In this document: positions 1 to 8,641 of the stretch, in pieces
Numbering within the stretch: the stretch's first letter is position 1
Layout of the letters: every line of letters begins with the position of its first letter
Origin: Candidatus Woesearchaeota archaeon
Lineage (GTDB): Archaea > Nanobdellota > Nanobdellia > Woesearchaeales > GW2011-AR9
Direction of reading: 5' to 3'
Length of the DNA stretch: 64,000 bases
Assembly: GCA_041665465.1 (NCBI GenBank)
Contig: JBAYIU010000001.1
Span: forward strand, 1,213,873 to 1,277,872
The notes under the pieces: generated by a model
What the model saw: the letters and a program-made list of their open reading frames with translations, nothing else
What the model was told of the DNA's origin: nothing
The model's database searches: none
Position numbers and translations under genes: made by a program

Positions 1-278
1 ATCCGGGCCTATTATCAGCATCTTTAGATGAAAATGTAAATCTGATGATCAGTAACGATCTAAGTAGTTGCAGAGACGGAACTTATCATACTTCAGTAGA
101 ATTTGTTGCTGGATATAGAAATTTAGTTGGAGAAGATGCTTTCCAAGTGAGAAAGGAATGGTATCAAAAAGGAAATAAACTTGAAGGTAAAGAACCGTGG
201 TATTTTGGTCGTCCTGATTATAATTCTCGATTAGAAAGGGTTGTTGGACGAGATGTAACCGATGGAGATGTATTCTAA
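1..278 (+). CDS. hypothetical protein, 5' end cut by window edge; paralog of C-terminal domain of next gene
   Basis: Frame open from nt 3 to stop at 276-278; nt 57-203 encode DLSSCRDGTYHTSVEF..GKEPWY, repeated at nt 682-828. Confidence 0.5.
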   Translation, partial: PGLLSASLDENVNLMISNDLSSCRDGTYHTSVEFVAGYRNLVGEDAFQVRKEWYQKGNKLEGKEPWYFGRPDYNSRLERVVGRDVTDGDVF

Positions 279-894
279 AATGTGTGAACCAATAATTTGT
301 GGATCAGTATTAACCCTTTATGCTCTAGGTTTTGGTGGAATGGGTTTATTATCAGTGAGTAGAAATAGAAGATCTCGATTGAAAAGAAATATTCATTCTT
401 TAGTTTCAAGGTATTATCGTCAAGGAATAAGTTCTATTAACGTTGATGAAGTATTAAACGAAGATTTACAACTTGGATGGCAAGCAAAAAGAGTTGTTCG
501 TGATGCTCATTCTGCCCGAGACCAGATTTTATTTGGAGATGTTCCTCCCAATGTAAAAAGTGCGGGAAAGTATGTTACTGCTCAAAGAACTATTAGAAGG
601 TTAGATGATCGTTTATTGTACGTATTAGACCCAATGTTATTATTAGCAACACAACGAAGTGAGCCGTTATTGATGAGTTCCGATCTAAGTAGTTGCAGAG
701 ATGGAACTTATCGTACTTCAGTAGAATTTGCTGCTGGATATAGAAACCTAGTGGGAGAAGATGCTTTCCAAGTAAGAAAGGAATGGCATCAAAAAGGAAA
801 TAAACTTGAAGGTAAAGAACCTTGGTATGCAGAAAGAGCAGATTATCTTTCTCGTTTAGTTAATTCAACTACTAATGGTAAGGACATATTTTAA
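262..894 (+). CDS. hypothetical membrane-anchored protein with conserved C-terminal DLSSCRDGTY..KEPWY domain
   Basis: 210-aa ORF, N-terminal hydrophobic segment IICGSVLTLYALGFGGMGLL, tandem paralog of preceding partial ORF. Confidence 0.55.
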   Translation: MEMYSKMCEPIICGSVLTLYALGFGGMGLLSVSRNRRSRLKRNIHSLVSRYYRQGISSINVDEVLNEDLQLGWQAKRVVRDAHSARDQILFGDVPPNVKSAGKYVTAQRTIRRLDDRLLYVLDPMLLLATQRSEPLLMSSDLSSCRDGTYRTSVEFAAGYRNLVGEDAFQVRKEWHQKGNKLEGKEPWYAERADYLSRLVNSTTNGKDIF

Positions 895-900
895 TCTAAT

Positions 901-1461
901 TTATACCTTAAATACTTGTTTAGAAGTTGATCTTAAAGTTTTAAGATACATTTTATCCAACATTCTTTGATACTGTGCCGGTTTAAGTTCTTTAAGATTA
1001 AGTGAATCCATAGTATTCTTAACTTTTCTGTTTAACTTTGAGATCTCTTTCTTTTTGGTGGTGATAGCTTCAATTTCCACTATCATTCCTAGATGTTCAA
1101 TCTGGTTTAATTCTATCTTTAACCCATTATAACGATAAGAACGTCTTTCACTTCTAATACAAGAGCATTGTTTAAACCCTAAATGATTGATAAGGGAGAT
1201 AAAGCTAGAAAGTTGATTCTTATTTAATTCTAATTCTATCTCTTCTCTGGCAGGGTCATAATAATCTCCTGATTTATGGGTTATAACAATCTCCGGTTCA
1301 TTCTTGATTAATCTAATGCGTAGATAAGATGGGGTTCTGAACAAGAAGGTTTTCATATGTTTAGTACCAAGGTACTTAAAATTAGATTGTAAATGAGTTT
1401 TTAATTTATTAAAATCAGATTTCGATGCAATCAACGACCGCTTTTCAATCTCATAGGCCAT
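901..1461 (-). CDS. CYTH-domain protein (triphosphate tunnel metalloenzyme / CyaB-like)
   Basis: N-terminal YEIEKR acidic-basic motif resembling ExExK plus alternating-Glu strands (EIELEL, VEIEAI, LRIRLI); 186 aa, typical size. Confidence 0.6.
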   Translation of the reverse strand: MAYEIEKRSLIASKSDFNKLKTHLQSNFKYLGTKHMKTFLFRTPSYLRIRLIKNEPEIVITHKSGDYYDPAREEIELELNKNQLSSFISLINHLGFKQCSCIRSERRSYRYNGLKIELNQIEHLGMIVEIEAITTKKKEISKLNRKVKNTMDSLNLKELKPAQYQRMLDKMYLKTLRSTSKQVFKV

Positions 1462-1546
1462 AAACTAATCTAAGAACCATTTATTTATAAATATGTTGAA
1501 ATGAGTTTATTCTAGTGTAATAATCTTTTTAAATTCAGTACTTCTT

Positions 1547-1771
1547 TTGAGGGGAATGTATCAATTAATAGTTTATTATACTGGCCCTGAGATTAAGAAA
1601 GGATGGTTTAAAGAAAAACATCTCTGGTATCTTAATCCTCAATTGTATGATGAACGCTCCAGTGGTCCTATCTGGAACGGGGGAGTTGTTTCAGTAACAG
1701 TTAGTCCTAAAGAGAACGATCTACAATCAGTACTAATGAAAGAAGCAAAGAATATTGTGGGAAGGGGATAA
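1547..1771 (+). CDS. hypothetical small protein
   Basis: 74-aa ORF only; non-ATG start in track (ATG at 1556); no motif. Confidence 0.3.
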   Translation: MRGMYQLIVYYTGPEIKKGWFKEKHLWYLNPQLYDERSSGPIWNGGVVSVTVSPKENDLQSVLMKEAKNIVGRG

Positions 1772-1902
1772 CTGTAGATAGGCATGCCAATTTTATCGTT
1801 GAACCGGATAGAATTAAAATTTCTCTAGAAAAGCAGGTTGAAGATTAGAAACGAGGCATACTTTTAATTAAATTTATAAATAGGAAGTGTTAAACTAAGT
1901 TT

Positions 1903-2205
1903 ATGGGGATTTTATTTAAGACTTATAACGGTAAACACCAACTTCACATCTATCGTGAAGTGTGGATAGCTAAAACTAAAAAAGAGTTAGATGAAATTCT
2001 GGCTCTGTTCAGTAAGAAGGAAGTGGTCAAAGCCAAGATAACTCCTACTGAAGATATTATTGAAATCGAACTTAATGGTTTGATAGTAGATTGCCGTGAT
2101 GTTACTGATCTTAAAAATAAGTTTGCTCTTATCGTAGACATGAAGGATAAGTATCAGAAGGTTACTCCGGAAGTAAAAGAAGTTAAAAAACCCAAAAAGA
2201 AATAA
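1903..2205 (+). CDS. hypothetical small protein with Lys-rich tail
   Basis: 100-aa ORF preceded by TATA-like tttataaata at about 1873; no recognisable motif. Confidence 0.4.
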   Translation: MGILFKTYNGKHQLHIYREVWIAKTKKELDEILALFSKKEVVKAKITPTEDIIEIELNGLIVDCRDVTDLKNKFALIVDMKDKYQKVTPEVKEVKKPKKK

Positions 2206-2224
2206 AAATACTTTTTCTAATTAA

Positions 2225-3106
2225 TTATTTCTCTTTCTTTAATTCATTAACTAAGATTGAGCTAACATCAATTCTATTGGTTTCATGCTCAATACAATTA
2301 GTGGTAATAACCTTTTTAACTCCCGCTTTCTTTAATTTATCGAAAGCATTCTCTACCAATAGTCCATGTACTCCTAAAGCATAAACATTTCTTGCTCCAA
2401 GTTTCTTAGCGCTTTTAGCTGCTTCACAAAGAGTGTGTCCGGTAGAAATGATGTCATCAATAATTGCTACGTCTTTTCCTTTAATAGTAATGGGATGAAT
2501 CATCTTCTCAGTAACGTGGCGAGAATTGTAACGAGTTTTCTCTAATACGGTTACTTCCGCTCCGATTTTATGAGCTATATCCTCTGCCCATTGATAGGAT
2601 TCCCAATCTGGACCTATAATAACCACCTTCCTTAAGTTCTTCTTTAGATAATCTACTAATAACCCATCAGCAGTAAGTCGTACTGCTGGAACGGTAAATA
2701 CTTCTTTTAAGGATTTATAACGATGAAGATGGGGATCGATGGTTATAACCTTATCCACACTATGGTTAAGCAGTTTAGCCATAACTCTACTAGAAACACA
2801 TTCTCCCGGATTAAAGCGTTTATCTTGTCGCATATATCCAAGATAAGGGGAAACTAGAATGACCTTTTTAGCGCCTAAGTCTTTAGCCGTATTTGCGGCG
2901 AAAACAATGTCAAATAGAGACTGATCCGGATGAGGATGAAATGATTGAACGATAACTAACGTTTGCTTCTTAACTTCAGTATTAAACTTTAAGTACAGTT
3001 CTCCATCTGGAAATGCTCCGATAGTTAAAGGAGAATATTTAACTTTAAGTTGTTTAGCCAATTTTTGGGCTAGAAGTTCAGAATTTCCACCAGTAGTAAT
3101 GATCAT
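2225..3106 (-). CDS. prs: ribose-phosphate pyrophosphokinase (PRPP synthetase)
   Basis: 293 aa; PRPP-binding loop VAIIDDIISTGHTL, RQDKRF flexible loop, VVIIGPD; typical archaeal Prs length. Confidence 0.9.
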   Translation of the reverse strand: MIITTGGNSELLAQKLAKQLKVKYSPLTIGAFPDGELYLKFNTEVKKQTLVIVQSFHPHPDQSLFDIVFAANTAKDLGAKKVILVSPYLGYMRQDKRFNPGECVSSRVMAKLLNHSVDKVITIDPHLHRYKSLKEVFTVPAVRLTADGLLVDYLKKNLRKVVIIGPDWESYQWAEDIAHKIGAEVTVLEKTRYNSRHVTEKMIHPITIKGKDVAIIDDIISTGHTLCEAAKSAKKLGARNVYALGVHGLLVENAFDKLKKAGVKKVITTNCIEHETNRIDVSSILVNELKKEK

Positions 3107-3174
3107 TACAGTTCACCTCTTTTAGAATAAGAAAGAAAATGGAGTTTATAAAATATTCTGAATAGTAATTGTTC

Positions 3175-4230
3175 CTAATTGGGGTGTGCTGCAGTCATGG
3201 TCCTAACTTGTCTGGCAAACTGTCTAGGGGTTGTTCCTCCAAACATGCCCCCTGCATATTCTAAACGGGTAGTAGGAAAATTAATCGGGTTAGTGTTTGC
3301 TCCAAGATAAAGAGAATTGTCACAACATCCAATCTTGGTTTCAAAGTCTAGCTTTTCAATAATCTGGGCAATTTGCTCTGCTACTTCTCCTGAACTAAGT
3401 GGTCTGTTCGTTCCTTCTTCTATTTCCCTTTCCATTTTTCTGGCATACAAGGTTTCTGGGTGCGCCATGATAGTCGTAAGATTCACAAAACTAGGTCTAA
3501 GTCTATTAAGAATTCTAACTGTTCCTTCTACGTGATCTTGAGAATGTTTTACTCCTCCTAAACCGGGCATGACAAAAGCAGATACTCTTATTCTGGAAAC
3601 TCCACTGAAAAATGAACCAGCTCCTACTCTATGAAGAATATCAATGGCATGATATACATCGCTAAGATCATATCCTTTCTTAATCTCTTTAAGCAAGGTT
3701 TCACTTCCGGTTTCTAATCCCAAATAAATTAATTCTAAACCTAATCTAGTTCCTAGCCAATCTTTAGAACATCCTTGACCGCATTTACCTCCGCAGTGTA
3801 ACTCCTGTAGATTATCTGCTCCTGCATCAAGAATATTATTTATTGAAGCATACATGGATATTCTACGAGGAACTTTCCCCGTATATTCTTTAAACCGGCG
3901 GATAGCATGCGATATGTCTACTTTTAGTTCGCCGGGATTTATACTTAAGGCATCTCCGCCTCCTAAATATATTCTCTCTAAGTCTCCAAGTTCACTTCTT
4001 CTTTCCAATTCTTCCATCACATCGTCAACGTGCCTTTTGAAATCTTGTACCGGACGAGCATGATATTTCACTCCTCCGAATAAATCACAGTAACTACAGG
4101 CATTATGAGAACATCCGGTAGTTAACTCAAACTGAACCACATTAGGGGTTTGTTCTGCCAGAGGTGCATTCATATTTGTAGAAAGATACAATTCAGGAAT
4201 CCTTTCATATATAGGATTAAGTGCGGGCAT
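3175..4230 (-). CDS. radical SAM protein (function unknown)
   Basis: Cys cluster GCSHNACSYCD (Cx4Cx2C, verified on DNA), YLGGGDAL glycine-rich SAM motif, TIM-barrel-size 351 aa. Confidence 0.65.
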   Translation of the reverse strand: MPALNPIYERIPELYLSTNMNAPLAEQTPNVVQFELTTGCSHNACSYCDLFGGVKYHARPVQDFKRHVDDVMEELERRSELGDLERIYLGGGDALSINPGELKVDISHAIRRFKEYTGKVPRRISMYASINNILDAGADNLQELHCGGKCGQGCSKDWLGTRLGLELIYLGLETGSETLLKEIKKGYDLSDVYHAIDILHRVGAGSFFSGVSRIRVSAFVMPGLGGVKHSQDHVEGTVRILNRLRPSFVNLTTIMAHPETLYARKMEREIEEGTNRPLSSGEVAEQIAQIIEKLDFETKIGCCDNSLYLGANTNPINFPTTRLEYAGGMFGGTTPRQFARQVRTMTAAHPN

Positions 4231-4357
4231 ATATCTTCAGAAAGGGTATTATTTATAAACTTTTCGTTGTTTTGTCACTTCTAAGTACTAACATAACCGA
4301 GAACTCTTCGGATGAATATGGGCTGGTCGTAACCAGAAAAGCGAAATAAAAAGAAAG

Positions 4358-4367
4358 CTTTATAAAA
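4358..4367 (+). promoter_or_regulatory. archaeal TATA-like box upstream of L41e micro-gene
   Basis: ctttataaaa about 25-33 nt upstream of ATG 4391 (leaderless-type spacing). Confidence 0.45.
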
Positions 4368-4390
4368 CCCCCCTTTATTTTGAAAGAAAG

Positions 4391-4498
4391 ATGAAAAGAA
4401 GCTCAAGACGTTGGAAGAAGAAAGGACAGATGCGCTGGAAGTGGCAACGTAAGAAGATTAAGAAAGCCAAGCGCAGAAGAAAAATCCAAGCAGGTTAA
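4391..4498 (+). CDS. rpl41e: ribosomal protein L41e-like basic micro-protein (35 aa)
   Basis: ATG..TAA translates MKRSSRRWKKKGQMRWKWQRKKIKKAKRRRKIQAG; matches my recollection of archaeal L41e (KRSSRRWKKKG.MRWKW); not in supplied ORF track. Confidence 0.65.
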   Translation: MKRSSRRWKKKGQMRWKWQRKKIKKAKRRRKIQAG

Positions 4499-4655
4499 GT
4501 TTAATTAATTTAATTTTCTGATCATTAATTTCTTATACTCTTGTTTGTTTTAATGCTTTTATTTGATTAAATAATTTAATTTCTGCTAAGTATGGTAACT
4601 TGTAACTTTAGAGTTGTTGTAAATCTTTAAATAGGAATTCATTCTTGCAAATTTG

Positions 4656-4880
4656 ATGGCAATTAAGGTGTATACGACGGCAACGTGTCCGGAATGTAAA
4701 GTCGTGAAAAGCTATCTTAACGCGATGAATATTAACTTTGAAGAAGTGTTGGTAAATACTCCTGAGTTGATTGATGAAGTGGTTACTTTAACCGGCCAAA
4801 GAAGAGTTCCAGTAATTAGAACTGAGAGTGATGTGGTGGTTGGCTTTGATCGCGATAAGATTAAGACTTTAGTTTCTTAA
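4656..4880 (+). CDS. glutaredoxin-like / NrdH-type thiol-disulfide oxidoreductase
   Basis: CPEC active site in YTTATCPECK, downstream RRVPVI cis-Pro loop, 74 aa; ATG at 4656 preferred over TTG 4653. Confidence 0.8.
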   Translation: MAIKVYTTATCPECKVVKSYLNAMNINFEEVLVNTPELIDEVVTLTGQRRVPVIRTESDVVVGFDRDKIKTLVS

Positions 4881-4939
4881 AAATATTTATTTTTTACTTT
4901 TAATTTGTATTTTACTTTTAATGGGTGTTTAATCCTTTC

Positions 4940-7900
4940 TTAATCACTTTTCCATAACAGGACAGTATAAAGAGAAAGAAGAGCAATAATTAAGCCGCCG
5001 ATGATATATAACGCTTGTTCTTGTTTAGTGATCTTGGTCTCTTTGACATCATTAGTCCAATTTACTGGTTTAGTCTGAGTGGTAAGAAGGGTACTTTCTG
5101 TAGCAACAGAAGAGGTAGTCAAAGGTTGGTTTACTTCTGTTGATTGTATGCTGATCTTAGGGGGTTCGGGTATAGTTTCTGTTATGGCAGTTACTGGAAC
5201 TTCGACTACCGCAGCAATAGTGCAGTTTGCACAATGTCCTCCACAATCTGTTCCAGTTTCATCACCATTCTTAATGCCATCACTACATGAGGTAACAGTG
5301 AAGTTGTAAGTGAAGTTCTGTCCATGTTTAATGGTAAAGTTATCTATTGCTTCTAATCGTAACGAATAGTTTCCTGCAGTTAAAGAAGTTAAGTTCCAAA
5401 TATAATTTGAACCATTCTGAGTAGTTAAGGTCTTTAATGCGCCATTCAAGTACAATCTAACTGAAGAAAGTCCCGAATAATCAAAGAAGGTAGCATTTAC
5501 TTGTTGATGATTTCTCTCTCCCAGATGGAAAGTATTCAGATAAGTTATACTTTGTACCTGAGGAGGATAAGTGTCATTAACGGTGAAGAGATTAACCAGA
5601 AGGAGAGACTGGTTTATACTAGAGATGTTCAAAGTAAGATTATAACTTCCAGTAGAATTATACTGTTTGTATCCAGATGTTCCGTTAAGAATAGTTCCAT
5701 CTCCAAAATTCCACTCGTAACTTAAGTTGGATGGTCCACTCGCATTGGCATTATAAAAAGTGAGATTGCCCACTTCTATCATCGAATTATTAAGGGGCGT
5801 TAATATCTGTCCGGAAAGAGGTTGAGTTGAATTATCGGTGTTATTTGATGGAAGGGTTGGATTTAAAGTCTGCCAAGTGATGTTTTGGATTGGGGTAAGA
5901 TAACTATTTCCAGCTAAGTCTTGTGCAGAAACAGAATAATATGTTGTAGAGTTCTGATTCTCTAAGTGATATTGATACAATCCCTGTTCAGTAAGGTTCA
6001 TAGAATAAAGAGTAAGGTTATTACTGAGGTTGATTGAAATAAACACTGAACTTTGATTTAGGTGGACATCGCTTACGTTTGCTAGAATCTCTTCAGATTC
6101 ATTTATAGTGGAAATCTCTAAAGAAATATTTGGTGAAGTTTGATCTATTGTAAAGAAGATGCTTTCTGAATAATTGTTCCCAACTAAATCTCTTGCTTCT
6201 ATGTTAAGTAAATATTCTCCTTCTGATAGAACGATCTGTTCCAACACTTCCTCTCTAGAATTGTTAAGCAATTCACTAAAATTATTAGCTTGTTCTTGAA
6301 GTGAGTTATTAATGGAGTAACTCCAGAAAGTTAGGTTTTGGCTGAGAGTTAAGTTTAAGGAAAGATTTTGAGAGAGATAAGAATTATTCTGCGGAGAGTG
6401 AATTATAATCAAGGGAAGAATTGTTTGATTGTGGGGAAGGTCTTCTGGGACAGAAGTTAGATTTATTAGCAGGGTACGAGTTTCTGTAGTTGCATTTAAT
6501 CCTAGGACATCTGTTCCAATAACATAATAAGAATATTCTCCAGAAGTTAAATTATCTAAAACCTTATTAAATTCTTGGCCTTGTTTTACTAAATCTAAGA
6601 TGGTTTGATTTGCGTCGGGAAAAGTTAAGAACAGTTGCGCTGAAGCTAAAGGAAGTTCCGAGTTAATCTTAATTTCAACGGAATCGTTAGTTATGATTGA
6701 ATTGTTAAGCGAGTTATCTGAACTAAAGATTATCTTTGGCAAGATAGAATTATAGATATCAATCCGAGAGAAGTTTAATCCTGATCCGGAGTCGTAAACT
6801 GTTTTCCCTCGGTTAAATAGAAGAAGTTGTAATTGAGAGGGAGAGGTGGGCTCTCCAGTAGACTGTTTCCAGTATTGTTGTAACAATGCTGCTGATCCTG
6901 CAGCGTGAGGAGTAGCCATAGAAGTTCCACTCAAAGAACGCCAACCACTGTTTAAGGTGGTGGACATAATGTTCGTTCCCGGAGCTAGAATCTTTAATAA
7001 ATTTCCTCGGTTGTAAACGATGGCATCATTCTCATTTACTCCACCTACGGGAATAGCATTAGGGACGCAAGCAGGATTAGAGATGCCGTTAGTCCAGCCA
7101 GAATTTCCTGCAGCGATAAATACCGATATACCTCGTTGATAAGATTGATTAATTACTTGGGAAGTTAAATCTTGAGTACAATAATCTTGATAATGAGTAC
7201 ATCCATATCCATCACACCCTAAACTCATACTAATAATGGAAATTCCATATTTTTGAGCATTACCGTTGCACCAATCTATCCCGGCAACCACATCAGAAGA
7301 ATAACCACTGCCACTAGCGCTGAGCGCTTTTACTGCTACTAATTTAGCTCCAGGAGCTACTCCTCTATAAACTGGATCTTCAGAAGCAATTATCCCGGCA
7401 ACGTGAGTTCCGTGTCCATGATCATCTTTAGGGTCAGCATCGTTATTATAGGTGTCCCATCCTCCAATGACCTTACTACAATTGTTCCAATTCATCTCGG
7501 TATTGGTAGTTCCATCCAAAGTTTGGTCAATGACAAATCCATTAAGAACAACAGACTCATCACTTACTAAACGAACATAAATAGTGTTTCCTTCTCCAGA
7601 AGGGGTCCAGATATCTTCTAATGACCCTTTATAGATCGCTAAAGTTCGATTGTATTGATCATAAACATAAACTCGATCTAAGGTGTCCCCTTGTCCAGAT
7701 GTTTGTTCTAAATGAATGTAAGAAAAATGAACAGCAATATTAGTATAGTTTTCTTGGGTTATGGTCCAGGTGTGATCAAAATTATTAGCATAAGGATGAT
7801 CCGATTCGATTGAAGTTTCCAATGAAGCAGGGGTTCCATCTAATTGGTAATAAGAGGGACTACAATTTCCTAATGCTGGATGAGTGTAATCTATTCCCGT

Positions 7901-8623
7901 GTCGATGATACACACCGTTTCCCCATTTCCATCAATAGGGGTTCCGTTAACAGAAAGGTTCCATACTTTCGGTGCACCAATCTGAGAAGTACTTTGGTCC
8001 AAACTTACTGAAACGGGATAATCTAAAAGAATCTTTTCTACCTGATCATTGTTAGTTAATTCTATTAATGTTTGGGGGTCTTTAACCTGGCCAGCTAAAG
8101 CGTTTACAGTATCGTATTGTTGGGTAATCTCAAATCCACTGTTGTCCTGAATGATCTCTTTCGCATCAGGTAACTTATCTTCTTGAATCTCTCGGTTAAT
8201 TTGTTCTTCCGATGCTGTTCCTTCTGAGGTGAGTATCTCTGTGGTATCTTGAGGTAAAGAGACGGAAATTTCTTGTTCTAAGAAAGAGATTACTTGCTGT
8301 TGAATCTCTTGAATTGCTTCTTTACGTTGTTCTAAATCTGGAGAATCAGTGAGACGGTCCTCTTTTAGGATCACCACCACTTTAGGTTCATTATTCCCTG
8401 AATTTATTTCTTGAACCAAAGCAGGGTCCATCTTTTCTGTACTTACTTGGGTTCCTCCTTCAAACACTACATACCCGGTCATAGAAGAGGGGGAAGAATT
8501 ATGATAATTTGTGATTAGAACGAAACTAAAGAATAAAGCTAGAAATAAGTAACCTCCTACTATCTTAGCATGCGTTCTATTTATCTCGTATCCCATCTCT
8601 TTTTTCAAAGAGAAAGAAAGCAC
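4940..8623 (-). CDS. S8 subtilisin-like serine protease, surface-anchored, multi-domain (PKD-like, Cys-rich module, C-terminal TM)
   Basis: Catalytic triad motifs IIDTGIDYTHP, HGHGTHVAGII, SGTSMATPHAAG; WNFGDGT PKD motif; N-terminal signal/TM and C-terminal TM; very many N-x-S/T sequons. Confidence 0.9.
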   Translation of the reverse strand: MLSFSLKKEMGYEINRTHAKIVGGYLFLALFFSFVLITNYHNSSPSSMTGYVVFEGGTQVSTEKMDPALVQEINSGNNEPKVVVILKEDRLTDSPDLEQRKEAIQEIQQQVISFLEQEISVSLPQDTTEILTSEGTASEEQINREIQEDKLPDAKEIIQDNSGFEITQQYDTVNALAGQVKDPQTLIELTNNDQVEKILLDYPVSVSLDQSTSQIGAPKVWNLSVNGTPIDGNGETVCIIDTGIDYTHPALGNCSPSYYQLDGTPASLETSIESDHPYANNFDHTWTITQENYTNIAVHFSYIHLEQTSGQGDTLDRVYVYDQYNRTLAIYKGSLEDIWTPSGEGNTIYVRLVSDESVVLNGFVIDQTLDGTTNTEMNWNNCSKVIGGWDTYNNDADPKDDHGHGTHVAGIIASEDPVYRGVAPGAKLVAVKALSASGSGYSSDVVAGIDWCNGNAQKYGISIISMSLGCDGYGCTHYQDYCTQDLTSQVINQSYQRGISVFIAAGNSGWTNGISNPACVPNAIPVGGVNENDAIVYNRGNLLKILAPGTNIMSTTLNSGWRSLSGTSMATPHAAGSAALLQQYWKQSTGEPTSPSQLQLLLFNRGKTVYDSGSGLNFSRIDIYNSILPKIIFSSDNSLNNSIITNDSVEIKINSELPLASAQLFLTFPDANQTILDLVKQGQEFNKVLDNLTSGEYSYYVIGTDVLGLNATTETRTLLINLTSVPEDLPHNQTILPLIIIHSPQNNSYLSQNLSLNLTLSQNLTFWSYSINNSLQEQANNFSELLNNSREEVLEQIVLSEGEYLLNIEARDLVGNNYSESIFFTIDQTSPNISLEISTINESEEILANVSDVHLNQSSVFISINLSNNLTLYSMNLTEQGLYQYHLENQNSTTYYSVSAQDLAGNSYLTPIQNITWQTLNPTLPSNNTDNSTQPLSGQILTPLNNSMIEVGNLTFYNANASGPSNLSYEWNFGDGTILNGTSGYKQYNSTGSYNLTLNISSINQSLLLVNLFTVNDTYPPQVQSITYLNTFHLGERNHQQVNATFFDYSGLSSVRLYLNGALKTLTTQNGSNYIWNLTSLTAGNYSLRLEAIDNFTIKHGQNFTYNFTVTSCSDGIKNGDETGTDCGGHCANCTIAAVVEVPVTAITETIPEPPKISIQSTEVNQPLTTSSVATESTLLTTQTKPVNWTNDVKETKITKQEQALYIIGGLIIALLSLYTVLLWKSD

Positions 8624-8641
8624 CTAGATTTATAAAGTTAT

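Noticed and set aside
4260-4350. Two small hairpins (ccga..tcgg; ctggt-cgta-accag) between the radical SAM and L41e promoters as a possible ncRNA
   Set aside because: The stems are only 4-5 bp, I could not see C/D or H/ACA box pairs, and the region is adequately explained as a divergent promoter spacer.
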